Below, piece by piece: positions 49,601-57,407 of a stretch of DNA of 64,000 nt. Under the pieces are notes generated by a model. The model saw nothing but the letters and a program-made list of their open reading frames with translations, ran no database searches and was not told the DNA's origin. The first letter of the stretch is position 1; every line of letters begins with the position of its first letter. A program made the position numbers and the translations under genes. Origin of the DNA: Candidatus Poribacteria bacterium (lineage in GTDB: Bacteria > Poribacteria > WGA-4E > B28-G17); contig JAGGXZ010000036.1 in NCBI GenBank assembly GCA_021162805.1, positions 9,985 through 73,984 on the forward strand. The letters run 5' to 3'.

Positions 49601-52600
49601 AGGTGAGACCAAGATGACGTTTATATCTTTGCCGGCTTTGGTTCCGAGCTTCAGATATGCCTTCGCCTCGCCGGAGCTATTTGATCTGACCACGACCGAG
49701 CTTGTAAGTCCTCCCCCCGGCATCTTCGTCAGTGCGCCGTTGCCCTGGAAGATGGAGAACCTCACCGTCGCGCCCGGCGTGGGATTTCCGTGTTCATCCT
49801 TAACGATTACCTTCAACGGCGTGGAGGATATCTTGCCCACAACTCCTGATTCCGGCCCGCTTTCGAGCTTAATCAGGCTCGGCTGTGAAGATGTGGAGGT
49901 CGCCTTGAATGAGACGTTCCCATCTACATCCTGTCCCGTCACCGTCACCTCATTCAAAACCCCTGCCTCATCACCAAGTATCAATCTGGCCGAAGCCTCA
50001 CCGTTTTCATCTGTCTCCACTGTCAGCTTTTCCACCGGAGGCGATAGATCATCCGGTATGAGCTTACCTCCTCCGGATGAGACGGTAAAGGTCACAGGCA
50101 GACCCGCTATCGGGTTTCCATATCTATCCAGAACCCTTACGACCAAAGGCGAACTGAGAGCATACCCCGCCTCTCCTATCTGCCCATCCCCGGAGACGAT
50201 CTCCAATTTTGAGGGTGCGTCGGGCAGGATATGCGCTTTGAAGGTAACGGATTGATCTTGGAGAGATAGGGCCGTAGCTGTGACCGATATCTCATGTGAC
50301 GCGTTCTTCCCCAATTTCAGATAGGCGGCTGCTCTGCCGTTCGAATCTGTAGGCAATTTCAACCTGTCGGTTCCCTCGCCTTCGATCAGGGGATTGGTGA
50401 GCAGTCCAGCGTCTCCTGATGTGACCTTGAAGAATATGGCCTCATCCGGAACAGGGTTGCCGTAGCCGTCCACCAACATCGCCACCAATGGTTTTGGGAG
50501 AACTCTGTCGGGCAATCCGCTCTGATTATCGCCTGAGACGATCGCTATTGCCTCGACATCACCTGGGATCGCTGAGGCGGTGAACGTCACGGCGCTATCC
50601 GGAATGCCGCTAATCCAGGCCTTCACGACGTTATTGTTCGATCCTGTGACGAGCCCTAATTTGAAGGTAACCGAGGCTTTGCCCTGATCGTCCGCTTTCA
50701 CCTCGATTCTTTTGTTTGTCCCGTTTAACCAGCCGCCTCCTGTGATCACCTCGAAAGTGACCGGTGTCCCAGGGGCTATGTTGCCGTAGAGGTCTCTGGT
50801 GGACACCACGAGCGGCTGAGGCAGCTGAGATCCCACCTTTCCCGTTTGTCCATCCCCTGAGATCTTGACCAATTTGGCGCCACCGGTGGATCTTGCAGAT
50901 TCAGCGAATACGACCTTCTGATTTGTCCCCGTGATCGTTGCCTCGACCATATTTTTACCTTCACCTGTTCCGGGTCCAAGCGTCAGGATCGCCTTGGCCT
51001 GACCGTTTTCATCTGTCGAGATATCCACCGAATCGGACGATGAGATTGTTCCGCCGACATCGCTCAAGCTTCCCCCTCCTGATATCACCTTGAAGGTAAC
51101 GGGAACATCCTTCACAGGGTTTCCGTATCGATCGGTGACGAGAACGACCAGGGGTTGAGGCAACGGCGTGTTGATGAATCCGGTCTGCTCATCCCCTGAA
51201 AGTATCTTCAGCTTCTCAGGGTCTCCGGGCGTGGCGGAGGCGGTGAATTCCACGCTGACATCATTCCTGCTTTGAATCCTAGCTCTGATTCTCTCAACGT
51301 CTTTACCCGCCTTAGTCCCGAGCTGATAATATGTGGAGGCTTTGCCCTCCCCATTTGTGATAGCTTCTGATGTCTCCGGTCTGCCCGTTCCCTGAACGGT
51401 CGAGAATATCACCGTGACGTTGGGCACGGGATTACCATATTGATCTGAGACCTTCACTACCAGCGGCAGCGGCAGTCTGGCTGTGACGGTCCCACTTTGC
51501 CCGTCACCAGACACGATCTCAATCTTCATCGGTGAATCGGAGGTGACCGTGGCCTTGAAGGTCACGCTTATGCTTGAGTCGGCGTTGGCGGATGCCTCGA
51601 CGATTTCTATCCCTTTACCAGTTTGATTTCCAAGCGTGAAGACGGTTCCGGCCTTTCCAGTGTCGTCAGTTTCCTTCACGTTAACTATCTCCCCATCAGG
51701 GAAGTGACCGCCTGAAAGAGCGGTGAACCGTATCTCCGCATTTGGGATCGGATTGTCGAACTCATCGAGCAATTGAACCACAAGCGGCTGTGGCAGAGTC
51801 GTTCCAACCTTGCCTTTTTGATTATCTCCGGAGACGATCTCGATCTTAGAGGGTTGAGCTGGATGCGCCGAGGCGGTGAAGGTAACTGAATCGCCGTTGA
51901 TCAGCGATGCGCGAACCCTGTTGTTGTTCTCCCCCGCTTTCTTGCCCAAGGTTAAGGTCACAGATGCCTCACCCGATTCATCGGTCATGATAGAGACAGA
52001 GCTCTTGCCGTCTATCGATCCGCCACCTGATATGACCTGAAACTTCACAGCGGCATTAGGGGTCGGGTTACCATATCTGTCATATGCGACTACCACAAAT
52101 GGTTCCGAAAGAGGTTGATCTACCGTTCCCACCTGTCCGTTGCCGCTCTTTATAGATATAGAACGGGCTGAGCCGGCCGAAGCCGAGGCCGTGAATGTTA
52201 TCGGCGATCCTGCTAGGCCTGATCCCTCCGCCGTCACGATGTTGTTGTCCACACCGACCGTGCTACCGAGTATCAAGGTGATCTTTGCCTGCCCACTGGA
52301 ATCGGTGTTGACCGTCACGGAGGTGCCGTTTGAAAACCTTCCATCGCCGGTTGTGACGGTGAAATGGATAGGAAAGCCGGGGACAGGGTTACCGTATGAG
52401 TCCTTAACGGCAACCACAAAGGGCTCGGGCAGGGGCTCCCCGGCTCGTCCTATCTGGCCATCTCCTGAAACCATCTCCATGCTTTGCGCCTGTCCCGGGA
52501 TCGCCGTCGCCGTAAAGTTAACCGGAGTGACCGAACCATTCGTGAGTTTAGCCTCTATAACTACCTTCCCGGCCTGAGTTCCCATGGTCGGAGTGACGCT

Positions 52601-54202
52601 CGCTCTTCCGCTGGCGTCCGTTATGACATCTGTCCAGCTATTACCGCCATCGAAACTAGCTTGGCCTGATTTAACCTCAAACCTGATCGATACATTAGCG
52701 GCGGGGTTTCCAGATAAATCCCTCGCCGCCACCACCAACGGTTTCGGGAAGCTCTCACCTACCGGCACCTTCTGTCCGTTACCCGATACGATCACCAGCT
52801 TTTCCGCTTTTGCTGAGACGATCACCGTTGCGTCGAACGTAGTAAGGGTGAGGGAACCGGAGGGATTTTTCACCGTCGTCACCCTACCTGAGGAGGAATC
52901 CATCTCGAAAGAGACATGCGTTTCAGAGGTAGGTTTGAGCGCTGTAAAGCTCATCGTAGCTATCACTCCGTTGCCGGAGCGCGTTCCGCCTGCCCGTCTC
53001 TCAATATACACAAGGTGATTATCATCCTGGAGCACGTTGGTGTTGACAAATCCGCCCAGAAAAGCCCCCTTCTGAAAAGGCTGAACGTCCGGCAGGGTTG
53101 GAAATTGATCCTGCACCGTTAGATACCTCGGATCATAGGTCAGATAGAGTTTCACCTCGCTCACGCCCTCTCCGGCCGTATCCACCCGTATCTGGAGCGA
53201 GAACGGCTCGCCAACCCTCACCCGTGCCGTCGGCTCGCCGGTATTCGGATCGACGATGGATAAGGTGAGCTGAGAGGGGGCCGATTGTGCTGAGGCATAG
53301 AAGGTTACAGGCGGGACATCGGGGTAATCCGGAAGGCTCGCCCGGACGGAATTATTCAGGCTGCCAGATGTAGGGCCGAGTGTCAGGATGACCTGAGCCT
53401 TGCCCGATGAATCGGTCGAGACGACCTTATATGATGATCCGCCGATGTTACCTCCGCCTGAAAGCACGTCAAACCTGACCTGGACATCTGAGACGGGGTT
53501 CCCCTCTGCGTCGAGAACCTGAACGACGAATGGATTTTGCAGAGCTTTGCCGACCGTCCCACTCTGATTATCACCTGAGATCTTAACCAACTGCTCCGGC
53601 GTCGAACCTCCACCATTACCTCCCCCACCTATTGTTATCGAGAGGTTGGTCACCTGAGGAGCGATCACACCATTATCGACCACACTTACGCCCGTTTCCC
53701 TGTGCGATGATGAATCGAAATCGAACGTGATCTGGGCCGATCCTGAAGAGGCTAAAGCCTTAAGGGTAAACCTTGCTATCTCACCCGATCCCGATTTGGG
53801 GGAGAGAGAGATCTCTGAATAATCCATATGATTGTCCACGAGGCGATTGATAACCGGCTGCGATCCTAGAAAACCGGATGACTCAAAGGGTTGTATTCCA
53901 GGCGTTCCAGGGCCTTTATCCTGAACCTCAAAGATCGAGCTGTCGAATGTCAGGAATATCTGATACCCGTTGACCGAAGCGCCATGGGTATCGATTACGA
54001 GTGAGATATCGAAGCTCTGACCCTTGCTTACCTGTATGGACGATTGAGAAGTGGTAGGGTCAATTAGTTTAAGCTCAACCTCGCCCCATGCCCAAGTAAC
54101 GGTGATGAGCAGCCATATGATCGATACCGTTAAGAAAAACTTCCCTTTCATCTTCCTCGCCCCTGCCCTCGTGAATTTCAACCACTGAGACATGGCGTTC
54201 AT
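46673..54202 (-). CDS. giant (2509 aa) cell-surface adhesin-like protein: signal peptide, ~20 Big_1/invasin-type Ig repeats, ~6 cadherin-like (PIG) domains, dockerin-type double Ca-binding repeat, T9SS-type C-terminal sorting domain
   Basis: Repeats of the form …SGD[GN]Q.G.VG..LP.PLVV.V.D..GNPV…V.F.V..GGG…; PIG domains (…DPDGDP..YSA..LP.GA.F…); DLNGDGEVNVFDVVVLAKHFGE…DLNGDGEINVLDLVILAKQIG; C-terminus …NSPNPFNPETWIPFHLAEDCRAEIRIYDVTGKLIRRLNLG…RWDGRNELGERVASGIYFYQL. Confidence 0.85.
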   Translation of the reverse strand: MNAMSQWLKFTRAGARKMKGKFFLTVSIIWLLITVTWAWGEVELKLIDPTTSQSSIQVSKGQSFDISLVIDTHGASVNGYQIFLTFDSSIFEVQDKGPGTPGIQPFESSGFLGSQPVINRLVDNHMDYSEISLSPKSGSGEIARFTLKALASSGSAQITFDFDSSSHRETGVSVVDNGVIAPQVTNLSITIGGGGNGGGSTPEQLVKISGDNQSGTVGKALQNPFVVQVLDAEGNPVSDVQVRFDVLSGGGNIGGSSYKVVSTDSSGKAQVILTLGPTSGSLNNSVRASLPDYPDVPPVTFYASAQSAPSQLTLSIVDPNTGEPTARVRVGEPFSLQIRVDTAGEGVSEVKLYLTYDPRYLTVQDQFPTLPDVQPFQKGAFLGGFVNTNVLQDDNHLVYIERRAGGTRSGNGVIATMSFTALKPTSETHVSFEMDSSSGRVTTVKNPSGSLTLTTFDATVIVSAKAEKLVIVSGNGQKVPVGESFPKPLVVAARDLSGNPAANVSIRFEVKSGQASFDGGNSWTDVITDASGRASVTPTMGTQAGKVVIEAKLTNGSVTPVNFTATAIPGQAQSMEMVSGDGQIGRAGEPLPEPFVVAVKDSYGNPVPGFPIHFTVTTGDGRFSNGTSVTVNTDSSGQAKITLILGSTVGVDNNIVTAEGSGLAGSPITFTASASAGSARSISIKSGNGQVGTVDQPLSEPFVVVAYDRYGNPTPNAAVKFQVISGGGSIDGKSSVSIMTDESGEASVTLTLGKKAGENNNRVRASLINGDSVTFTASAHPAQPSKIEIVSGDNQKGKVGTTLPQPLVVQLLDEFDNPIPNAEIRFTALSGGHFPDGEIVNVKETDDTGKAGTVFTLGNQTGKGIEIVEASANADSSISVTFKATVTSDSPMKIEIVSGDGQSGTVTARLPLPLVVKVSDQYGNPVPNVTVIFSTVQGTGRPETSEAITNGEGKASTYYQLGTKAGKDVERIRARIQSRNDVSVEFTASATPGDPEKLKILSGDEQTGFINTPLPQPLVVLVTDRYGNPVKDVPVTFKVISGGGSLSDVGGTISSSDSVDISTDENGQAKAILTLGPGTGEGKNMVEATITGTNQKVVFAESARSTGGAKLVKISGDGQTGKVGSQLPQPLVVSTRDLYGNIAPGTPVTFEVITGGGWLNGTNKRIEVKADDQGKASVTFKLGLVTGSNNNVVKAWISGIPDSAVTFTASAIPGDVEAIAIVSGDNQSGLPDRVLPKPLVAMLVDGYGNPVPDEAIFFKVTSGDAGLLTNPLIEGEGTDRLKLPTDSNGRAAAYLKLGKNASHEISVTATALSLQDQSVTFKAHILPDAPSKLEIVSGDGQIGEAGYALSSPLVVRVLDRYGNPIAGLPVTFTVSSGGGKLIPDDLSPPVEKLTVETDENGEASARLILGDEAGVLNEVTVTGQDVDGNVSFKATSTSSQPSLIKLESGPESGVVGKISSTPLKVIVKDEHGNPTPGATVRFSIFQGNGALTKMPGGGLTSSVVVRSNSSGEAKAYLKLGTKAGKDINVILVSPVDFSAPPVYFKISGQPGDPKRIEMLDGNGQSGVVGEELDIPLSVRIYDQFSNPVPEAQVTFEVTEGNGGVKEVGSSDSPRKSLTVKTDDRGIASVVFILGPEAGEGKHKVIAKLTDNPGESVEFTANGLPAGEAKLIKISGDMQIGTVGQPLARPITVRLTDKMGNPIPQAEINFKVEKGNASFENGRKGFTAITDPSGYTSASLKLGTTSGEDNYVVSATAIGYDASPVNFRFSAEADKPKYIYKLKGDEQKGVSGSILIEPLTVLLLDAYNNPVPDRIVTFSIEKGNGELLLELSSGDMVGVKLADVLTDSDGKAAVNLKLGEIENGMTDLVVTASSPDIPGVRVKFNEYINAPPVFDPIQPISLKEGELIQVEIKASDPDGDPVHYSASELPDGADFSAGANPTKPALFRWRPSYAQAGHYTVILTASDSMGNKSRTKLDLTVQDVNRPPQIGKIQDIQIKEGEELKVDLKASDPDGDPLKISIQPQLEGMQIDRQKNEITWTPGPHDSGTYDLTVTVTDSKGGSAETNFKVVVADVNHPPKIKAIPDQSVKEGQTLSLAVEASDPDGDPISYKAENLPKGAEFQGNTMIWTPDYDQAGEYKVKFIASDGKEKDEAEVRIVVENVDRPPVIQMSQPDGATLLISEGERIQLQIGATEPDGEDVSLSAVGLPQGATFTDGIFDWTPSYNQSGEYTVTFVATDSEGNSSQRKINISVADVNCPPQFGDMPEKMEVKVGEEINLTVDVSDPDGDEVRVKVHPLPKGASFGKDHIFKWTPTEDQVGLYTITFTAIDSKEAKAHAFLNLTVKETVVNADLNGDGEVNVFDVVVLAKHFGEKGENLDYDLNGDGEINVLDLVILAKQIGTEGEHQPMGAPKDMTRTKRWELYQNSPNPFNPETWIPFHLAEDCRAEIRIYDVTGKLIRRLNLGPLTSGRHQIRWDGRNELGERVASGIYFYQLVTPQYSAIRRMIIQR

Positions 54203-54314
54203 GAGACATGCAATTCCCGTTCCACATGGTTAAAGGCACAAATAATAAGGATCAGGGGAAATTCGGGAAGAAGTTGATTGCAGATATGATGAAATCGAAT
54301 TCACATTTCCTTGT

Positions 54315-56111
54315 CTAAACCTCCAATCCCCACCTCTCCCTTATGGTGTTTTTGTACCAGTCCATGCTTCTACCCTCGCTTATATTGGTTATCCCGTTCT
54401 CCTCCGCTATTCTGAAGAACTCCCTGGTGATTCTCTCCAGCTGAGGTGTAAGTTTCTCTGCAGTCTCCATTCGCACATACCATATCGGAAGCCTTGCCAG
54501 CTTCACCCTCATGAGCGTATCCCCATCGGAAACCGCCCCTTCGGCCTCATCGAACAGCCTTTCGGCCTCGGCGATCACCTCATCTGAGAGATCTAGCTTC
54601 GACGGCGGGTCGAATATATGGAAGTGAATCCCCCTGCCCGGAACCTCCCTGTGTATGAGCTCTATGTAATCCCTTATAAAAGGAGCCGCCTTGCCATAGT
54701 ATCCCTCAAGGAACTCCTGCATCACCTCTCTATCGTCACAATCGGGATTCCAGAGGATCTTGGCCAGCATGTACGCCCTCAAGGCGGCGAACTCCCCGTT
54801 TCCTCCCCTGGAGTAGTTTCCCTCCTCGAAGATCCCCTTGACGCTGTGCTCGACGAAGAACTCGACGTTGGGCTTCAGCGAGAAGAGGTTTGGGAAGGGC
54901 ATGATATAATGTGCGAAGTTGGTGACATAATCCCAGACGTAGAGCCTGTCCGTGATCTTCGACCACCCCCTGATATCGTCCACGAAGGATCTGTCCTCAG
55001 GGCACTCATCCAGCGGATGAGAGAAACAGCACTCTATGCTGCACAGTCTGACGATGACGTTCTTGCGCGGTTTGACATGTTTAGGCGGTTTGCGCGTGTA
55101 TTGATAGGCGAGGGTATCTATGAATTTATCCGGATGCTCCTTCTCTATCGCTTCAGCCACCTTGTTGACGAATCGGATAACAGTTCCGCTGTGGCTTCCC
55201 TCCTCTTCATCCACCTTGCGACATTCAGGACACTGGCACCATCCACCCCAGTCGTTCTGCGAGACGGAGAATATCATCGCATCGGGGCTCTCCTCGATCC
55301 ATCTCTTCACCGTCTCGATGGTGATCCTCAACACGTCCGGATTGGTCAGGCAGAACTGAGCCCGGTCGGCCGTTCTCTTACCGTCTATCTCGGAGAAGTA
55401 TTCGGGATGCTCCTTGAAGTATCTGTCGGGGGGTATGATCGAGTAGAAGGTGTGGACGAAATGAGAGTATTTGATTTTTCCTCCTCTGGCCTCGTCCAGC
55501 CTCTGCGCCGATCCGTTCGCCTTGTTCCTCGCTGCCCAATCGCCGTCAAATGCCTCGGTATAATAGGGCTCACGATACTCCAAAACTGGAATCTGTTCTT
55601 CGTTCATCGGCGATACCGATAGCCTCTCCAGCTTTGGTATACGGCTCACCCCAGGAGCGAACCACCTGCATCCCAGACTCTCCAGGAAGGTGTAGACCCC
55701 GTACATCGTTCCCCTGAGCCTCCCGCCCGCTATGACGAGATGGGGAGGGACCGTGCAGATCCTGAATCCCTCATCTCCCAGTTTTCCCCAATCGATCTGC
55801 AGGTTGAGCCCGTCCAGATGTCTGTTTCGGCCTAGGATTATCTCCTTTCCGTTCATCCCGACCTCGTCCGTCAATATGGGCAGATCCGCGCCCGTCATCT
55901 CTTTGAGGAAGCCCCTGAGTTCCTCAGCGGCGTGTCTCTCAGAGGGCGAAGCTTCCCTTGAAACGACGATCTTGTAATCGCTTCGCCCGTTTTCGGCTAT
56001 CGTGATTTTCTCCCTCACGGCCATCCTCCTTATCATCGGCCTCACCCCGCATCCAAGGTTTAGCGCAAGAGGCGAGGCCAGGGCTATTTTAATAAACTTC
56101 CTCCTATCCAT
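54315..56111 (-). CDS. TAT-exported DUF4838-like (glycoside-hydrolase-like) protein
   Basis: Twin-arginine motif MDRRKFIKIALASPLALNLG at internal Met (ORF track extends to 56342); body resembles DUF4838 GH-like proteins (from memory); start 5 nt after upstream stop. Confidence 0.5.
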   Translation of the reverse strand: MDRRKFIKIALASPLALNLGCGVRPMIRRMAVREKITIAENGRSDYKIVVSREASPSERHAAEELRGFLKEMTGADLPILTDEVGMNGKEIILGRNRHLDGLNLQIDWGKLGDEGFRICTVPPHLVIAGGRLRGTMYGVYTFLESLGCRWFAPGVSRIPKLERLSVSPMNEEQIPVLEYREPYYTEAFDGDWAARNKANGSAQRLDEARGGKIKYSHFVHTFYSIIPPDRYFKEHPEYFSEIDGKRTADRAQFCLTNPDVLRITIETVKRWIEESPDAMIFSVSQNDWGGWCQCPECRKVDEEEGSHSGTVIRFVNKVAEAIEKEHPDKFIDTLAYQYTRKPPKHVKPRKNVIVRLCSIECCFSHPLDECPEDRSFVDDIRGWSKITDRLYVWDYVTNFAHYIMPFPNLFSLKPNVEFFVEHSVKGIFEEGNYSRGGNGEFAALRAYMLAKILWNPDCDDREVMQEFLEGYYGKAAPFIRDYIELIHREVPGRGIHFHIFDPPSKLDLSDEVIAEAERLFDEAEGAVSDGDTLMRVKLARLPIWYVRMETAEKLTPQLERITREFFRIAEENGITNISEGRSMDWYKNTIRERWGLEV

Positions 56112-56115
56112 GGCG

Positions 56116-57171
56116 CTATCCCTTAAGCTCGGCTGAGAACCTCTTGGATAGCTCGACCAATCTGATGAAGTTCTCCGCCGCCCTTTCGGTATATGTCCCT
56201 GAGGCCGTGCCGCCCAATATATATCCGTCCGGTCCTGCCGCCTGGAGGCACTGCCATGCGAGCTCGCTGATGTAGTCAAAATCCTTTGTCTCCAGAACCT
56301 CCATGTCATCCAGCGGTCCGACCAGGCAGTATTTATCGCCAACCCTCCTCTTGGCGTCCGCCAGATCTACATCACCGTACGGTGGTATCTCCAGGGGATC
56401 AAGTGCGTCTATTCCGAGCTCGGCGAAATCCTCCAGGAATCTGTTCACATCCCCGTGATTGTGGTAATATGCTATCCCGCCGTAGCGATGGATTATCCGA
56501 CAGAGATCCCTGTCGAAGGGTTTCACCAGGGCGTTGAACCCTTTGGGCCCGAGCTGTTCTGTGGCGTATTCCCCGCCGATTATCCTGAAGGCATCGACCC
56601 CCAGCTTACAGGCCTTCTCCACAAACTCGTTCACCCTCTCGGCCGCCGTCTCGACCATCTTCAGCATCAGCTTCGGCTCGTCCATCCACAAGAGACACAT
56701 GTCCTGTGGCGAGAGATAGGAGGCTGGGAAACAGATCGCATCTGGCAGCCCAGCCAATACTAACCCCTCCTGACCGATCATCTCCTTCCACCTGAAGAAT
56801 CCCTCCGGATTGGGCTCGACGGGTTTGAAAGGGATGGAGAGGAGCTTCTCGACATCCTCGCCATCTTTACATGGAAACTCCACCGTATATCCCGTCACCT
56901 CCGTCCGCCTGTATCGGCTGATCAGATCGCCTTTAGGGGTGTGGATGACGGTGACGGTATCGTTCCCCTCTCTGTGGAATTCGGTTTGAACGAGCTGTCC
57001 CAGGAAGACGTTGCCGCCGATGCCGATATCTATCAGTGGGTCTGTCTCACGGATAAGCCTTTTCGCCATCTCGCCCTCAGGGTTGAGTCTGCCCAGGGTA
57101 AAGGGCGAGACCGGCACCCTATCAGGCGTTTTAAGCTCCATCGCACATAGTATCCTTTCACGCGAGGTCAT
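56116..57171 (-). CDS. uroporphyrinogen decarboxylase (URO-D/MtaA-like) family protein
   Basis: 351 aa; overall URO-D family TIM-barrel pattern; assignment from global similarity. Confidence 0.55.
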   Translation of the reverse strand: MTSRERILCAMELKTPDRVPVSPFTLGRLNPEGEMAKRLIRETDPLIDIGIGGNVFLGQLVQTEFHREGNDTVTVIHTPKGDLISRYRRTEVTGYTVEFPCKDGEDVEKLLSIPFKPVEPNPEGFFRWKEMIGQEGLVLAGLPDAICFPASYLSPQDMCLLWMDEPKLMLKMVETAAERVNEFVEKACKLGVDAFRIIGGEYATEQLGPKGFNALVKPFDRDLCRIIHRYGGIAYYHNHGDVNRFLEDFAELGIDALDPLEIPPYGDVDLADAKRRVGDKYCLVGPLDDMEVLETKDFDYISELAWQCLQAAGPDGYILGGTASGTYTERAAENFIRLVELSKRFSAELKG

Positions 57172-57407
57172 TAATTGTTACCTCCGCCGATTTCGGATCC
57201 GCGAGGCATTATACAATTTCCTCAGGGGGAAATCAACAGGCTATATCCCCGTTATCACCTGGAGCGGGAAGCTCCGAGGAAGAGATGGGGTGAAGAACGC
57301 CGATCCTTTTATCCTCGAGAGGGGTATAATCATCCTTGAAAGCTATTGGGGGATGATGATAATATTATACCCTAAATATCCAGTAAGGATGCAGGAGGAG
57401 AGGGAAG

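Noticed and set aside
46886-53628. Numerous 60-215-aa ORFs on the + strand overlapping the giant adhesin gene
   Set aside because: They are antisense to a continuous 7.5-kb ORF with strong domain periodicity. Low-complexity Ser/Pro/Thr-rich translations are typical antisense artefacts.
46673-54202. Periodic ~300-nt DNA repeats that might be mistaken for a CRISPR-like array
   Set aside because: Repeats are protein-coding Ig-domain units (diverged, in frame, long), not short direct repeats with unique spacers; no cas genes.
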